Assembly (NCBI GenBank): GCA_043228905.1 | Contig: JBHGNT010000005.1 | Coordinates: 21,762,001 to 21,826,000, forward strand | Length of the DNA stretch: 64,000 bases | Origin: Azolla caroliniana | Taxonomy: Eukaryota; Plantae; Polypodiophyta | Reading direction: 5' to 3' | In this document: in pieces, positions 24,071 to 40,000 of the stretch | Numbering within the stretch: position 1 is the stretch's first letter | Layout: every line of letters begins with the position of its first letter | Made by a program: the position numbers and the translations under genes | The notes under the pieces: generated by a model | The model's input: the letters and a program-made list of their open reading frames with translations, nothing else | Databases searched by the model: none | Told to the model about the DNA's origin: nothing

Positions 24071-27000
24071 CTTTAATGATTTTATTGATTAGAGAATTCA
24101 TAAGATTATTTTCTTATTTCAGATAAGGATAAAACAGTGATAAAAGTCAAGCATGCTTCTTTGTAGTGGGTAATCTAAAATGCAAAAGCCTTACGTGTTG
24201 TAGGTTTATGATTCTATAGTCGATAAACACATGTTCGAGATAAGGATGGCTATTTATTACAAACCTTATATTACATGCAAGCATAATGATGAAATTTATA
24301 TCCTCGTTTTCATATAGGGATATATAGCTTTTATGTTTGGGAAAATAGAGGAAATAAACTTACAGCCCATTACAATGAGCAAAAACAGAGTTTGGATATG
24401 TCAAAGAAAACATTTCTACTCCAATATGGTTGTCACCCAAGGATTCAATGTGTGAACATTTTCCTATCAATAAAAGCATAGGTAGGTCAAATTGCATCTC
24501 GTACATATATTTGAGTGCCATTTCCAATGGAAGTAAAGTGCTATGTAGATAGATATGAACATCATTTGTTGAAATCTGATCATTTGTTTCCTAGGACCTT
24601 TGGGTTTTGTGTTGCTCAAATCATTGTCCCAATGATGGAATCTAGTTGTGATATATGTTGATGGTCGCCATCAAACAAAATTTCTTGCTTTTGCTTATCT
24701 TTATAGGTGATCAATATTGCATGAGAACCTCACGTCTAAATAGACCTATACAAAGAACTTTCCTTTTCATGGATCATGTACTTCCAATAATTTGATCAAA
24801 TTTCAAGGGTCACAAACCTACTTAACTCAAGGGTTAGAGCATCACTTGAAGTGACTTGTGGAGCCAACATGCAATTGCTTTTATGATATCACACCTAATG
24901 TTTGCTAATTGCCCAGATAGGTGTACCGTGTAATTATGTGACAAAACTAAATAATCCAAAGTATAGATGTCATAATCCATCGACATAAGATAAATAAAAC
25001 CATTCCTTTCATCAAGCACCAATTCATTCAAGTTCTAGTGTTGTATATTAATCATGTAGTTTGAAGGTATAAAAGAAAGCCTTACGATTAATGGGCTATT
25101 TCCATAGAAATTGTTTTACATACAATTATATACAAGGAGTCTATTCATTCTTTTCACATGATGGAAAACATCTACATTACTCATTCTATTGACAAATACT
25201 TTGATCATTTTAAGTGTATCTTGATGAGAATCTTTCTAGTTGACGAGGATAACCAAATGTTGAATGTCTAAATATAACCAAACATAAGTAATTGACAAGC
25301 ATGCACCATCTGAATGTTGCTCAGTATTAAAGTTATAGGTATCTTGACAGTTTCTTTAAGAAATGCATAGAACAATGTTGAATAGTTAGCAACTTAGCCA
25401 TATATAATAGATTATTACCCCGTCTTTCTTTATGCTAGTTGATATCACCTTATTGTTGTGTAAAGAATGCTTTTGACCACTCTAAATGTTGTAGTTGATC
25501 ATAGAAAATGCTAGAAAAGGAGGAACTACATATAAATTCTTCTCGAATTTGTTTTGAAACATAATGGGGCCAACATTTGTAACTTATTGCAGTTGTAACT
25601 ATTTAGTGAAGCCAAGGAGTACTTTGTTTTCCTTCCACTGGATTTATGTTGGTGATGCCAATACTAATATTACCTGAAGGAATTATAAGCTAGATTAACA
25701 AATAGGTCACATACTTTAAACTAATATAAATGCGCGCACACACACACACACACACAATAAAGAAGATTGGGCTAAAATATGTTCCCATGAGCTCTTTCTT
25801 GCATGCACGACAAATATTGTACAATGAGTTTACAAGGTAAATATGTATATATAATATATGATTTTTGTGTATGTCAACATAATATGCGCTTTATGCTAGT
25901 GGCTTTAATGATTGTGGGAAGATTAATGTCAATCAATAATAGTCATGCACATGCCCTAGGTCATGAAAATCACAACACTGTGGTGGGTGCCACTGGGACC
26001 AAGATGGGCTTTCACTAAAAATATGATATAAATTATGAAGAAATAAGTTTCATAAAATTACAAATGATGATAATTGTAACATACATCTCCGTGCTATCAA
26101 TTGTATCTCAAACAAGCTCCAAGCTCTAGTATTTTGCTCTTGGTGCATTTTGTACTTTCGAATATGAGAAATTTTGCCCCTCCCACCCAACTAAAAAGAG
26201 TTGTCCCAATTGAATTGTGTCATTCGTCAAACAAGTAAAATAATGCGATGGTGTGATGGTGTCCTATCGATACGTTGTTGTATGCTCTTTTCTTTTTTAC
26301 CGATGGAAAAATCCCTTCGTTTTAAGTGTAATATTGTGAAAATAAGTGCCCCTGCGGATGGGGTAATTCCCATAAATGTCAAATAATATTGATGGCAAAA
26401 AGGTAGGGTTCTAAATTCTAACGTACTTAACCTAGAGTGAAATGCTATATAATTCAATTAGTTCACGTTTCGGTCATCAAGAACATGGTAGCTTAGAATT
26501 AGCACAGACTAATAACTCACTAATCAACATCATAAATCTTCAAACAGCCTTGAGTTACATGAACATGCGAATTTTACAAGAAAAAGGAACTATTTATGCA
26601 AATGGAAAACTAGACAAGCAATGAAAAAATGTCCAATCTCCTAATTATTAGATCCAAAGAGAATAAACATGATTCCAACATCTAAAGGTTTGACCTAATG
26701 AATTCTTATGCGCAAAGCAGAATTTATTGAGGACAATTATTAAAATGTGATTGATTTTTTCAATGCCAATGGCTTTATCCAAACATATTGACGATACATG
26801 GATTTAAAATGCAAGGCCTTTGTGAGCTATATTACACATTGTTGGCAAAATACTCTCCATTATAGGTCTTTTGTGAGGACCACTAATCCAACTAGTGGCT
26901 TGGGATGTCTGGAAACAATTTGAATTTACCGAAATGGCAATTGGATAAAAACATATGTACATAGACCTACTAAGAGGAAACATTATGACCCTAGAATCCA

Positions 27001-30000
27001 CAAATCGGGGCCGCATTATCCCAATACACGTTATGCTAAATAATCACTCATTAGAGTGAAGTCCATATCATCATACACCAACATTGTTTTCTAATCCTCC
27101 TTACAATTCTAGCATTATGGTGGCTTAACTAAATTTAGGAAGCATTTTTAGATAATTGATGAGAATGTTAATAACGTTTTTTATGTGGACCACCAAACAA
27201 GACATTTTGTGTCAAAGGGCAATGTGAAAGAGTTACCTTCATTCATCATCATATTCAAATTTCATGCTCCTCCATAAAACGTCTTTTTATTGGATTTTGA
27301 GCTTACTCTTATGTAATTCTAAATGTCAAATCTCTAAACGTGATGATTTTGGGCAACTTGTGTTTTTGTAGCTTGAACATTGTGGTTTAGGTATTAAGCC
27401 ATAAGTTCGATGTTAATTTTGTAAATAGTTTTTTGTTATAAGTTTACATTGAGATCATGTAGATTAATAGTTTCCTCATAAAAGCATGGTTTCACATGGG
27501 TTTGGTGGTGCGGTCTAAGTGTTCAACAATGGGTTTGATGTTGCATAAAGAAAGAATTTTTCTTCATAATTTTACATGGAGATCATGAAGTCCATTATAA
27601 TAACTTTTAATAATTTTAATTTGAGATCATGCACACCAATAGTTTGTTCCAAAAACGTAAATTTTAAAGAATTGACATTAACATTTGTCCATGACCTAAC
27701 GACTCAAAACCCCATTTTCCTTTAAAGACAATGCAAATAATCTAACGAAAATGTCTATACCACATGTGCTCATGATTTACATGAGTGGTGGCACTATTCT
27801 GTAGGCATAGATCTTGTTGAGTATAGTAAGGGACAATATTGATCTATTATGATCATATTGATCTTAAGGCTAGATTTGATAGCTTAAAGGTTAGAGCATA
27901 GGAAAATTTCACATTAACATCATTATAGAATACTGCCATATTAATGAATAACCTCGCTATAATCTGAAATCATACCAATGATCCAATACACTTCCTTAGG
28001 ATAAAAACATTTGGAAACTTTGTGATCATAAATTAGCTAAAAAAGAGATCATGTTGCCTAATTGCCTGAAGGGGAGGAGTCCATACCTTTAATAATGAGT
28101 TTGTTTCCTCTGCCTAGTTTGGCCATCCAAACTAAATGCAGTAAACGAGCCCCAACATGACCAAAATGAATCAACCTTACAACTTGACATCATCTTAAGA
28201 ACTATTAAATTGTTGGGTTTTTTTGTTATTTCTATAAAAGTTAGTGGTAGTTTGGTTTTTATCCCTATTTTGAATCAATTTGGTGCTTATTCCTTTCATT
28301 TCAAAACGTAATGCCACCATATTTTTCTTGGTTATTAGAATACCCCTCACGTTCTAGAAATTTACCAACAGACCCCTACTTAATCATCTCATAATTTTAC
28401 CACTCCAACAAATTTAATAACAATAAAAATAATGTTAACCTTGCTAAGGGTTATGGCTTCTCATAATACCATCTATCATACCATAAAAAAAGTAGTGCTA
28501 ATATAGCTCCAAGTGTATTTCCAATTAATTATGGACTAGACATATTTAGGCAATTTTTGAATTTTTTTTTTTAGGGGAATTTATTATGGTTATATGCATA
28601 AAATGTCTAGAAGTGCTTAAAAGTTTTATTTTGAGTTTTTGCAACAATGTATGCACAAATTATGAATTTATCTTCCTATTTGCATCTATTTTTCACATTC
28701 CAGCACGTGTTATTAGAAATATCATAATAGAGGTGAATGCTTCGTGTTGCTAGTTTTGTGTTTATATATAGTTATAATCTCTTTAGAGTGTTAGTTTTTT
28801 TAAAAATTGACAAGAACTCATTGAACATGATGATGATGATATTTTAACATCCTTGAGAGTACAAAAACATGGCCAAGGGAACCCCCAAAAAGAGTATTAC
28901 AAGAGGGTCACCTCTACTCATGACGAGGGTGTATTTTATTAAGGTCACTCTTATGCTTAAGTAGGGAGCATAGATATGTTCCTGGGTCACAAAGATTGGT
29001 GTGTACAATTTGGAGAGGTTTTCCAAGGTCAATGCACGATGCAATACACTATGTCGAGGTAGTATCACATGGCCAAAAATGTTTCACATCATAGAGTGAG
29101 GGTGATCCTCATCCTCATCGTTGGTCTAATTACATTAGAGTGTTGTTGTAGCTTGCTATAGCTACTCCTTTCAAACCTCCAACCTCAATTTCACTAAGAT
29201 CGTGACTACGAATGGAGAAGAGGTGTTTGGCATTCTCGTGTTGGATGACATGAGGGTTGAGAAGATGCGCTCCCATGATTTCTTTGTTATAGTTGTCTCA
29301 ACATGTGGGTCCAGTTTAAGTGAATGTAATAGTATTGCAACTTGGCATGCACACATCCTCATTCAATTTGCTTGCATGTGTGTGTATAAAGCATTGACTC
29401 CATGTCCACAATGAGCATATCATCAATAGGCAACTCAATAGAGCAACTTTCTAGTTGTAGATTTATTAAGGCTTTTGATATACACAATTATGTATCTTTG
29501 AAATTCTTCAAGTGAACAGAAACAAGAGGTTCTTATATTCCTTCTTAACCTTTTGCATGCAATTAATTTTAGACACACATAAAGAAAACACAACGTATGA
29601 AATTAGACTACCGTTAGGTTTTCACATGTCAATCAATCACGACACGCGAATTCCTACAAATAGAAATTCTATCCAGTTAATAGTGTGATTGATGTTTCAT
29701 TTAATATGTTCTATTCTTATGATGTGAAGCAAGATTCATTTTACTATAGGCATGCTTGTAAATAATATCCCGACGAACAACTTGAATGCTAAAACAAAAA
29801 TGATAAATTTTACGTCAGCGCTCCGTATGGATTCATTTTCTCTAGTTAAAAGATACATATTGCACAAATTTTCATGCAATTGGTTGTTTAAGACATTCTG
29901 CTAATTGTTTAACCATAATAAATGTGTTGGTCTATGCATATGCAATCACAAAATATGATGATGGCATAACAATCCATATTCTTTGCTGATTTAGCATCGA

Positions 30001-33000
30001 AACAAGTGTGGAACAAGCTATAGTAAGGTGTTTTTTATTCTCACGTTACACGTATGTGTACCTCTCTATACATGACATTTACACACCCAACCAATTCAAA
30101 TCCCGCAATTTGTGTCTTGATGAATTCAAGTTATGGGTTCAACTCTCAAGCAACGTGCATATTGTTGTGCTCATTCAAGAACATGCGCGCTAACCATTCT
30201 CTCCTAGAAAGTGGCTTTAAATGTCCACTTTCCACAACTAGGAGTTAAAAATACAATACAAAGCAAAAGATAATAACAAACAAAAGTTCTAACAAAACAT
30301 ATGATATGCTCTTCTAGCTACAAGACCCTAATGCAGCTCAAACGACAAAATGGGATTGGACCATTGGTGCTCTTCAATTCATTAATATGATAGGGTCATG
30401 TCGTTCCATGGCGAACTCAAGTAATAATGTACATATTGTAAATAACGTTTAATTCAAGAAGCAATAATGACACATATTGAAAATAGTTCTGGAGAGTGAC
30501 TTTGTCTAACGAGGAAATGGAAACCCCATAGTGGGTGCATATTTTATCCATGTGATTGATTATTAAGTATATGAATCTAGCAATGATGTGTGTGTGTGTA
30601 AAGTGTAGCTATATATAATAAACTTATAGGGTAATAAACTTAATGGGTTTAATCACATACAAAAACAAGATATTTTAAATCTTTTTCGTTAGGTGTATCT
30701 ATTGTGATGGAACATGACACCTATGGCTCAGTAAGATGATGACATATATTATTTGTATATGAGAATTGTTGGTCTATCTAACATAGAATGGGTCTCTAGA
30801 TAGGGAATGCACTTGTTCAAGCAATTATAGTTCATGCATTTAAATACAACTTACAAAGTTGTAAAATAATATCCAAATCTTAACTACATTCTAGAGTTTT
30901 ATTGATACTTGTTAGAATGTTCAAATATGTTTCCCTAAGGATATTTGTGTATACACACATGAAGGCACCAAAATGATTGTTTTTCTCCCCATTCCATCAT
31001 TACAAAAAGTCAGATTAACAAGTAAAGGATTGTGTAATGTTGACACATAGATATATGCTTACGTATGCCATATTGTGGGTACCCACACAAGCACATGTAT
31101 GTGCGCCCACATAAAGAAAAAAAGATTGATGGGCTTTCGCACATGGGAGCCATCACAAGTTGCATATTATTGCTTTAGGACATTTATAATGATTTATTTG
31201 TTTAATACGTAGTGATTTATTTACTTCCATCATTATTGTCTTGGTGATCCGTGTCTTTTGTGGGCATGTACGGGAACATAGCAATATGTATGTCCTTCAC
31301 CTAGCCCCACATGGCCTCCATTGTGCATATGCGACATGAACACCATTATAATCATGGAGATGTGGTCACAGAATCTTTTGTAGGCTATCCAACCCCATCG
31401 TTTCGACGAGGACGAGAATATTGTAAATTTCATCAGTTCCAACAAAATCCTATTGTGGCCTTCATAACTTATAAGTGTAGGTGTCAAAATGTGGTAGCTT
31501 GCGATAATTTTATGATTTCCAATCTTTTTAATCAATACATGGTTATACACACCCCCTCCAAAACCCTATAAAATATACCTCCACCGTTGTATGACCTCCC
31601 ATAATCCCCTTTCATATATGTAACCTTTATGGAATAACAGTGTCCTACACCTTTTATATACTCTTATTGTCCACCTCGAAAAAATGACCCTACTTGTATT
31701 CCAGGTGATACCAATACATAATTATATAGTGATTCTCTTGTGATAAAAGTGGGATTCTTCACCTCGATGTGTGTATCTAGTTGAGTCAAGAAAGCAAAAC
31801 TATAGTCTTCTGATTACATTCCCTTATGTAATCCATAGGGTGAATAAATCATGGCAAGTGTTCCAGTAATCAAAACTTGTATGTATGATGGGGATTGAAA
31901 CCATTACACATGTACTATGAGAAAATTTGCTTTGAAGAACTTTTTTTCAAACATTCAAGTCACTCAAAGGTTAATTGAGTCTAGTGAGATGAATTAATTG
32001 AAAGCTCAAGTCCTTTGCCCAATGTCATATAAAGCTAAAGGCAAATATATGATGGTTCCAACTTACAAGCATAGGTTTAACAAATACTAATGTTTCATCT
32101 TACCTTAAGAAACATACCTAGATTGTCAAGGAGACCCAAAAACTCAAATTGCACTTCAAAGTTCAAATATAGTGGCCTTTAAGGTATAGTGATACATTCA
32201 TCCTCATGTTGTTAGCGATTGTACCTCTAGGCAATCTTATTTTGAGTAAGACACATTTCTCAATGAACCATAACAAAAATTGACTCAATTTTGAGCCGTC
32301 TAAGAAATGCCGTGCCACATCAACATACTTTTGCATTGGAGGGTGGCTAAAAGTTTACACAAGTCTTACCAAACCCCTATTGTATGATTTGTCATTGGGA
32401 AGATTCTGGTGAGATCATTTATAAGCACCAAGGATCTGGTAAATTATGACATTTTCTCTCAAACAAAGTTCCAAAAGTTCCCTAATGGATGAGTTTGTCT
32501 TGTTAGTTGAGAAAGAACGAATTTTTGAATATTCCAAATGCTTAAAAGGCACAACATTGAGTCCAAATTTCTCCTAATGATTGTTTTAGTTAGTTGTTAA
32601 TTCATATCGCATACTTTTGCACATTTTATAGACATATGCATGAAAAGGAAACCAACAAAGTCTTCTTTCTTTAGTATGTGACAAAAGGACAGATCCGGGA
32701 TGAGAATGTTATAAATTCGGTTGCTCCACTAATTTTTATCAACTTATCATCGTATTAACTAGTCTAGGTTCAAATCTTCACAAACCTTTTTTCTAACACC
32801 ATGCCACAATGTCATATTCTTACATTGGTGATTCAAACTTACAATCTTAATATTCTTCGTAAGTTTTGACATATGAACTCGGCTATCACCATGGTCTCTC
32901 TCTTTTCTAGGCACACATCCCTCTTTAGATACAAAAAAAGCATGCTCCCGAGTCCCTACGCTATTTCAAAGTGTGTTGAAGTCATCTATCTACACTTTTA

Positions 33001-34758
33001 TGGACATACTTCATCCATCCCTTATTGTTCACCTCCATATGGGTCCTCAATTTAATAAGGTTTAATAACATCCTTATGAACTATGAATTTGCCCATACAA
33101 AACTCATTTTTTTAACTTCAAGGGTCGTATGAAGGAAACAAAAGAAAGTTACAACAATTGATGATATGGTTTCACATCATTGTTTGATATTTTATTGAAA
33201 TACATAGTGTCAGCATCTTCGAGTTTTCTTTGTGCTTTGATTTGAATGATCCAATCACAACAATACAATAAACCGTACATAAGCAACTAGAAAATTGTTT
33301 TTCGATGTTTTTACTTTTTTTGTGCATATATCATGTACATAACATGCATGAGCCTCATTCCAAGACTAAATATGTGTATAAAATGGGGTATGATTGGTGC
33401 ATGCATTAGATATTAAATGATGAAATATATCTAATCCAAAAAGAGTATTGAATTGAGTTAACACACTCTAGAGACTTTATTATCAAAAAGATATTTAATC
33501 GTGAAATACCCAATAAGATTTCGGAACTCGTTCAAGAATTCAAACATAAAATCTACCAATGTAAACAAGCTAACAATGAGCTATAAACTATTATGATTTT
33601 GTTGAACAATGACATCGATCGTCTCTTGTAATCTCATCTTTAAACTTTATCAAAAGGAGTCGAGAAGGACATCATTGTTGAAATAGGTGGTTTTATAACA
33701 TCTATCGTCAACATATTATTTGCCATTAGTGTTGGATTCATGCCATATCATTATCATATGCATAGCCTATGTTTAAGTTACATAACAAAAGAGTTCTTGA
33801 TACATAAAATGAGCATAAGTTTGATCATTGATTGAGCATAAGTTGTATAACATAAAACAAGATAGATTTTATAGTGGGAATTTCTTTATTGATGAAAGAA
33901 TGATGAGAATTTGAGGTTGTTACCTGGGAAATGACTATTTGTCAGGAATGTGAACTATTTTATTATCTAGACTTTTAGACACTACGGATTTTGTGGTTAT
34001 TTCTTGTTTTATATACTTCGACACAATCTCACATGAGTCGATAGGACAAACAAACAATTCATGACATGACATCCACATTTCATCCAGTTTAAATTGTCAA
34101 AGGAATATGTTCCCATGGATGTGATCTTCCCACCAACAAAAAATCCCCAACCTCTCTATTTCTCTTCCCATCATGTTCCCCCAACATTGATGGTGAGGAT
34201 ATTGTGAGAACTTCAATCAAGGAGTGAGACAAATCACCAATTTGTTTTCTTTCTCAAAACTTACACTCAATTTACCCGAGCTCTCAAGGTGTGACAGTTA
34301 CCAAAAATGGTGTATGTAATTAACCTCCATGTCATGTTTGCTAGCATACTTTTCCAACTCATATGAATATACCAACCAAGCATATCTTGAAACGTACACT
34401 CGGATACCCAAATTGTCCCTCCATGTGAATATTTTCAGAACTTACAAAAGAACAAGCCAAATGCATGCCCCAAAATACTGTAAACCTAACAAATGTTCTA
34501 GCAAAATGCATCGATGAACATTAAAACATTGTGAAAACTAAATGTACAATTGAATATCGATACCTTATCCATTATATGCTCTATAGAATATTCATTGGCA
34601 TGTGTTTCTTCTTAATCCGATATTGATTTTGGAAATAGTTTCATTGTCGACTTACAATAACAAAGTTTAGATCTTATGAGCTCATGATTGTACGTTTTAC
34701 ATTATTGTTAGAGAGATGAATCCAAGTTTAGAATATTTTTCTCTTTAAGTTTAAGTGC

Positions 34759-34760
<2 letters not shown>

Positions 34761-34814
<54 letters not shown>
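34761..34814. repeat. Compound (AT)n(AC)n microsatellite
   Basis: Read directly. Other simple repeats occur at about 687-715 and 940-969 (TC), 3670-3692 (CTACT), 4362-4386 (AG), 7131-7159 (TG), 10778-10802 (AC), 41656-41695 (CTA) and 42039-42066 (AT). Confidence 0.95.
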
Positions 34815-37072
34815 TTATACAATAGTCTTAGGTGTATATATATACATATATATCTATAATGTATATATGTTGTAAATGTACCTTGTTACTACCATGCAAA
34901 TCATAGTTTTTGAGGTGAGAGCCAACAATTTTTCTTATTTTAAGCACATGTTCAATTCTCACTTATGTCAACCTTTTCTCTCATGTTAGCCATATTGTTA
35001 ATGGCAAGCCTGTGTTGGGTTGTTTTGATTTACGCATTAAAAGCTTTTCTTTTCTTATTTATCCCTCTTCTTCAACAATGTGAAAAATCCTTTTGCAACC
35101 TCAAATGTATTGCTTGCAGTCTCAATTTCCCAAATGTATATATTGTTTGAATACATGTGTTAAGGTCCTAGATGACATGCAATATGGATTTGCCACCAAA
35201 GAAAGCCACCATGCAAACGGTACTTGAGGAAAAGTGCTAACCAATAGTGCAACAAAACCTAAAAATTCATTCTCAACCCCTAGATTAATAATGGGCCCCA
35301 AAAATAAAAACACTAAAACTCATGCTATATAAGAAGCACAAGAAATCAAAACTAGTGCTATCAAGTAGTCTCAAAAACACAAAAAGGCTTGTGTATTTTG
35401 CTAGTCCTTGTCTCAACCCTATATTTGACTGTGGGCTCCAAATGTTTCATACCACTCCCCAACACAAATTTCATATGAGCTGCACATGTACACCACAACA
35501 ACCCTAGTTTGGGAATGGGTACATTTTGTAAAACATCATACCGTTATATTGTGGTAGTTCATGCTCAAACCCAAACATATAATTCTATTTACTTTTAAGT
35601 AATTAATCCAAATACCTAAAAACGCATTGCGACTCTTTTGATCATGTGCCTCACTACAATCATGTGTGCTTATTTACTGTAGAATTAAAATTTGATGTTT
35701 GTTTACTTGAGGAGTAGAACCTAGGCCCAATGTCTACATCCGCCTTCAACTTGTGCGAACATCCAAAAATATAGACATTTTAGCATAATATTATGATGTA
35801 CTTTTGACTGTCGGATAAGAGCGTCTAATGCCACAAAGCCACCTAAAGAGTGGGTAGCATCCACCTCAATGTCACCTACCTACATAAGCATACAAGGATC
35901 TGATTTGGAAGTTTCATGCACAAAACCGCTTGTTCCAAAATTAATTGCAAGCCTTTGCCTGCCAGGCATCTAGATAAATGTGTCCATTATACACTTTTAA
36001 TTTCCATGTTTGTTCTCTATCAATGTGGGATCAAGTGATGTGCTCAAGGCTTATGTGAATCCACAAGTTCGATGTATAGGTTCCTATGTTTCTTGTTACA
36101 TGCAATTTGTTACCCAATTTACACTACGTTTTTAAATGTTTGTTTCCTAATTTTCCCATTTCAATTTCCTTTGAGACTCAAACGGCTCTTAATAATCCCT
36201 CACACACTTTAGTCATGTGCAAATCATGGTATGTAGTGCAGTGAATAAATCTTCTGCATCACATGATCCTTTCATATGTCCGCCACTTCTTGAGAATGGT
36301 ACCCTGTAGTATTGGGCATTCTATTAGAAACTTCACCGGAAAAGGAAAGCAATAATAACACCAAACTTGACGAACTACCAAAGAAAACTCAAGTAAAATT
36401 ACTAAAGAACAACTCTTAAGTAGAATTCCTACATAAGCAAGCAAGCAATTTGTGGTAGAACAAATAGGGGGCATTTCATTCAAGAAAACACCAAATAAAG
36501 AACTTTAACAGTATCAATTTGAAACTTGTGTAATGTAATTGGGAAACAAATGTCTGCAGTCAATTTGTCAATTTTTAAATTAGTCCACACTACCATTATA
36601 ATGATTGCAATAGAGTGGACTACATACATTCTACATCCCATTCAAACTAGCACAAAATTAAATCATCCAGACTTAATATAACCCAAAGCATCTTCATCAA
36701 CCATAACATCACAAAGGAAGGGTATGAATCCAACACTCCCTTAGGGTCAAACGTCTCGAAGTATTAACAAGTTATTTTGAACAGATTTTCCACAGATGTA
36801 TATCTTTCCTGCTACAGATTTGATCCCTTCTATCCTTTTTTGGCTATGTATTAAAAGAATTCTGACAATAGAGTAAGAATACCAAGTACCCATCTCCATA
36901 ACAAAAACATGTTTATCGCAAGTGCATCCTAGCAGCTGCAAACATTCTTTTTGCATGAAGTGTTAGTTCCTAAAAGCCACCAGTTCATAGATAAAATTGT
37001 TTTTGAAACAGGCACTCCATCTATTCACATAATACAATGTTTGTTTACTCTAAGAAACATTAAGTTATTACT

Positions 37073-40000
37073 TTACTTCTTTTTCTTTGGTCGACGCTTG
37101 CGGGGCTTCTTCTGCTGCGTATCAGAAGTAGAACTACCAAGGGTCGATATTGCTGATCTATTGACACCAGAACTGTTGCTAGAAGAAGGATGACTAGGTG
37201 TCACCGTTCTTCTATCAATCCCACCTCGGTTACTTGATGTAGGCCCTTGTAGAATTCTTGAGTTGTTACTGGATGACCTTTCTTTGAATCTACCATTTTT
37301 GCTTGATGATGGATGGCCATGGGTGGACCTTAAATCCTTTGATGAAATTTTCTGCTTCTGCAAAGAAACAATCACATAACTCTTGTTTTAACTAGCACTT
37401 CTGTGCATGTTCACAAAAACTCTCGTCTTAAACAACACCCTTTATGCATGGTTACAAAACCCTTTGATTGGCATTTTTCCTCCCATCAGGCACATAGCAG
37501 AACTTATGGCCAACATGCAAGCATGTATTTTAATTGATTGTCAATTCATGAAAGGCCTCTCTTGAAAGGGATTGTTTTAGTTACCAAAAGTGAAAACAAA
37601 ACACTGGCTTGATATGATGTGGGAAAGTAGGAAATCCATTTTTATATAAACAACCAAAACTGAAGTTTGTGCAAATGTAACACAAACAACGAGGCACAGA
37701 AATCATCAATGTCTTTTAGTAACAACTAATAAGGCAAAGCACATCAACCACACCTATGAAAGTGTCCATAAAATAGCTGTGACCATAAGAACACCTTATT
37801 TAAAGAAGTTTGTACCTTAAATCTGTCATTATTGAAAATGTGTTGTTGAGGCTTATGACGATGGTTATGTGAGGGAAAACCCAAATTTGATGGCTTCCGT
37901 ATTTGTCGTGTATCCTTTTGGTATCCGGAAGTTGATGGAACCAATGTTTTGGATGTATCAACTCTATCCACCCGTGGCCTACACAATGAACTCACATGTT
38001 ATATCAAAATTTTAAAGCCGTGATCCTCATAGTGAACCTTTGAGTTAGAATTTAGTAAAAACGTGCCTTGATGTCTTATCTGTCCATTCGTCATCTGCAT
38101 CAGCATTATCCTCACTACCAGCCAGAAAAAAGTCATCTTCACTCATTTCTGTGGCTCCATCATCCTCACTGCCTGTCTCTGTAATACGCAAGAAAGCCTT
38201 CATAAGGCTGAATATATAAAATTGGGCATAACATGGCAATGGTCAAGGAGGCCTCTGTAAAGCTGAATCAATAATTTGGCCCATAAAATAGTAATAATTG
38301 AGAAAGTCTTCTCTGTGAGAAAAGTCTTGAAAACATTTCCTTACCCTCTAACTCTATCCCTGCTGCAGCAGCTGCCACAAGGTTGGCTTTTATTTGCTCT
38401 CGCAATTTTTTCCTTTTTGCTACTACGTCCTCATCATCATCACCCATAAATAGGGACACGTACTTTTCAGTTTTTGGAAAGAACTGTAGAGCATATTAAA
38501 GTTTAGATATTGTATCCACAATATAGAAAAGTCCATAAAAAATTCAGATAAACTGATGGCCATTGGAGGCCATCCATAGAACATATACATTTGAAGATCA
38601 AGAGCTTGAAAACAAAATTAGAAAGATGACATCTTGAAGTATCACAACCACAAATATGCTGGATTTTCACCAATTCATGATTAAATCCCTTAATTGTCAG
38701 TTCATAATGACCATTGATAGTATAACTCAAAGACAGCATGGAGGAGTGACAAATTAAACAAATAACATTTCCAATACAAGTGCACAAAAGTGATTAAATG
38801 AGAATAAACATAGAAAAAGAGAGCATTGGCTTCCAACTTAGGGTCACATGTGTGAATCAATGAGCTACAATGCGAAAGAGCTAAGAAGCATACTAAAACT
38901 TAATTAAACAAATAACATTTCCAATACAAGTGCACAAAAGTGATTAAATGAGAATAAACATAGAAAAAGAGAGCATTGGCTTCCAACTTAGGGTCACATG
39001 TGTGAATCAATGAGCTACAATGCGAAAGAGCTAAGAAGCATACTAAAACTTAATTAATTAAAGAAAGAAATATGAAATTATAAAATTAGAACATACAGAA
39101 GTGCAAATCTGCATTACACAAGAAGCCCTCTCAATACGTACATCCACAGGCATATAAGCAGCACCAAGTAAATGAATTGCTGCACCTAAAACTTAATTAA
39201 TTAAAGAAATAATTATGAAAATTTTAAAATTAGAACATACAGAAGTGCAAATCTGCATTACACAATAATCCTTCTCAATACGTATATCCACCGGCATATA
39301 AGCAGCACCAAGTAAATGAATTGCTGCACTGAAAGAAGTTTACCATTAAATGAGAAGAAACCTCTCAAAAACATCAATATACAAAATACACAAGCATACA
39401 GTGTCAATATCATAGAAAGCTCAAACTGATACACAATAAAGTACAAGGTTTAGTTAATTGAAGGGTTATTTCAAACTAACCTGATGAATCAAAATAGACT
39501 TAAAAGCTACATACATAGTCTTATGGATCATGTTCATTTCAACACATAATGACATCTTAGGACGGTGAATAAAAACAAAGGGTGAGCAACCTACTTACTC
39601 TCACATACTCTAGATCTTCTTTAAGGTCAGCAAGTTGTTCTGCTATGTCTGCGATCTGTCTTGCTGAATGTTCGTCTGAGGAATCCGCAGCTACCCTTTG
39701 CATTTTCTCCAATCGTCGAATGGAGCGCTCAATCTTCCTCCTCTCTGTAAAATTCTACACTTCAATTGGGTAACATTCTATATAAAAAATCCGAAGATGA
39801 GAGACTCACCGAAAAACTTCACTCTCCGATATCTCAAAGCCATTTTCTTTTCTAATTCTGAACGCTGGTGCAACTCCAGCTGCTTTCTAAGCTCTTCCAG
39901 ACGCTGCTGTTGAGCTTCCTTTACCTCCACAGGAAGAGGCTGTAGTTTTGCAATAACAAAAGGCATCAGAGGAACAGATATGAGAAAGATGAACAATTAA

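Noticed and set aside
31233-31571. Possible plant-mobile-domain or MULE-related coding relic
   Set aside because: Only a vague WGW-like motif is visible and no ordered domain could be traced.
24100-36200. Numerous 60-105 aa ORFs in the long AT-rich interval
   Set aside because: No recognisable domains or splice-consistent gene models. Most likely heavily decayed TE sequence that cannot be classified by eye.
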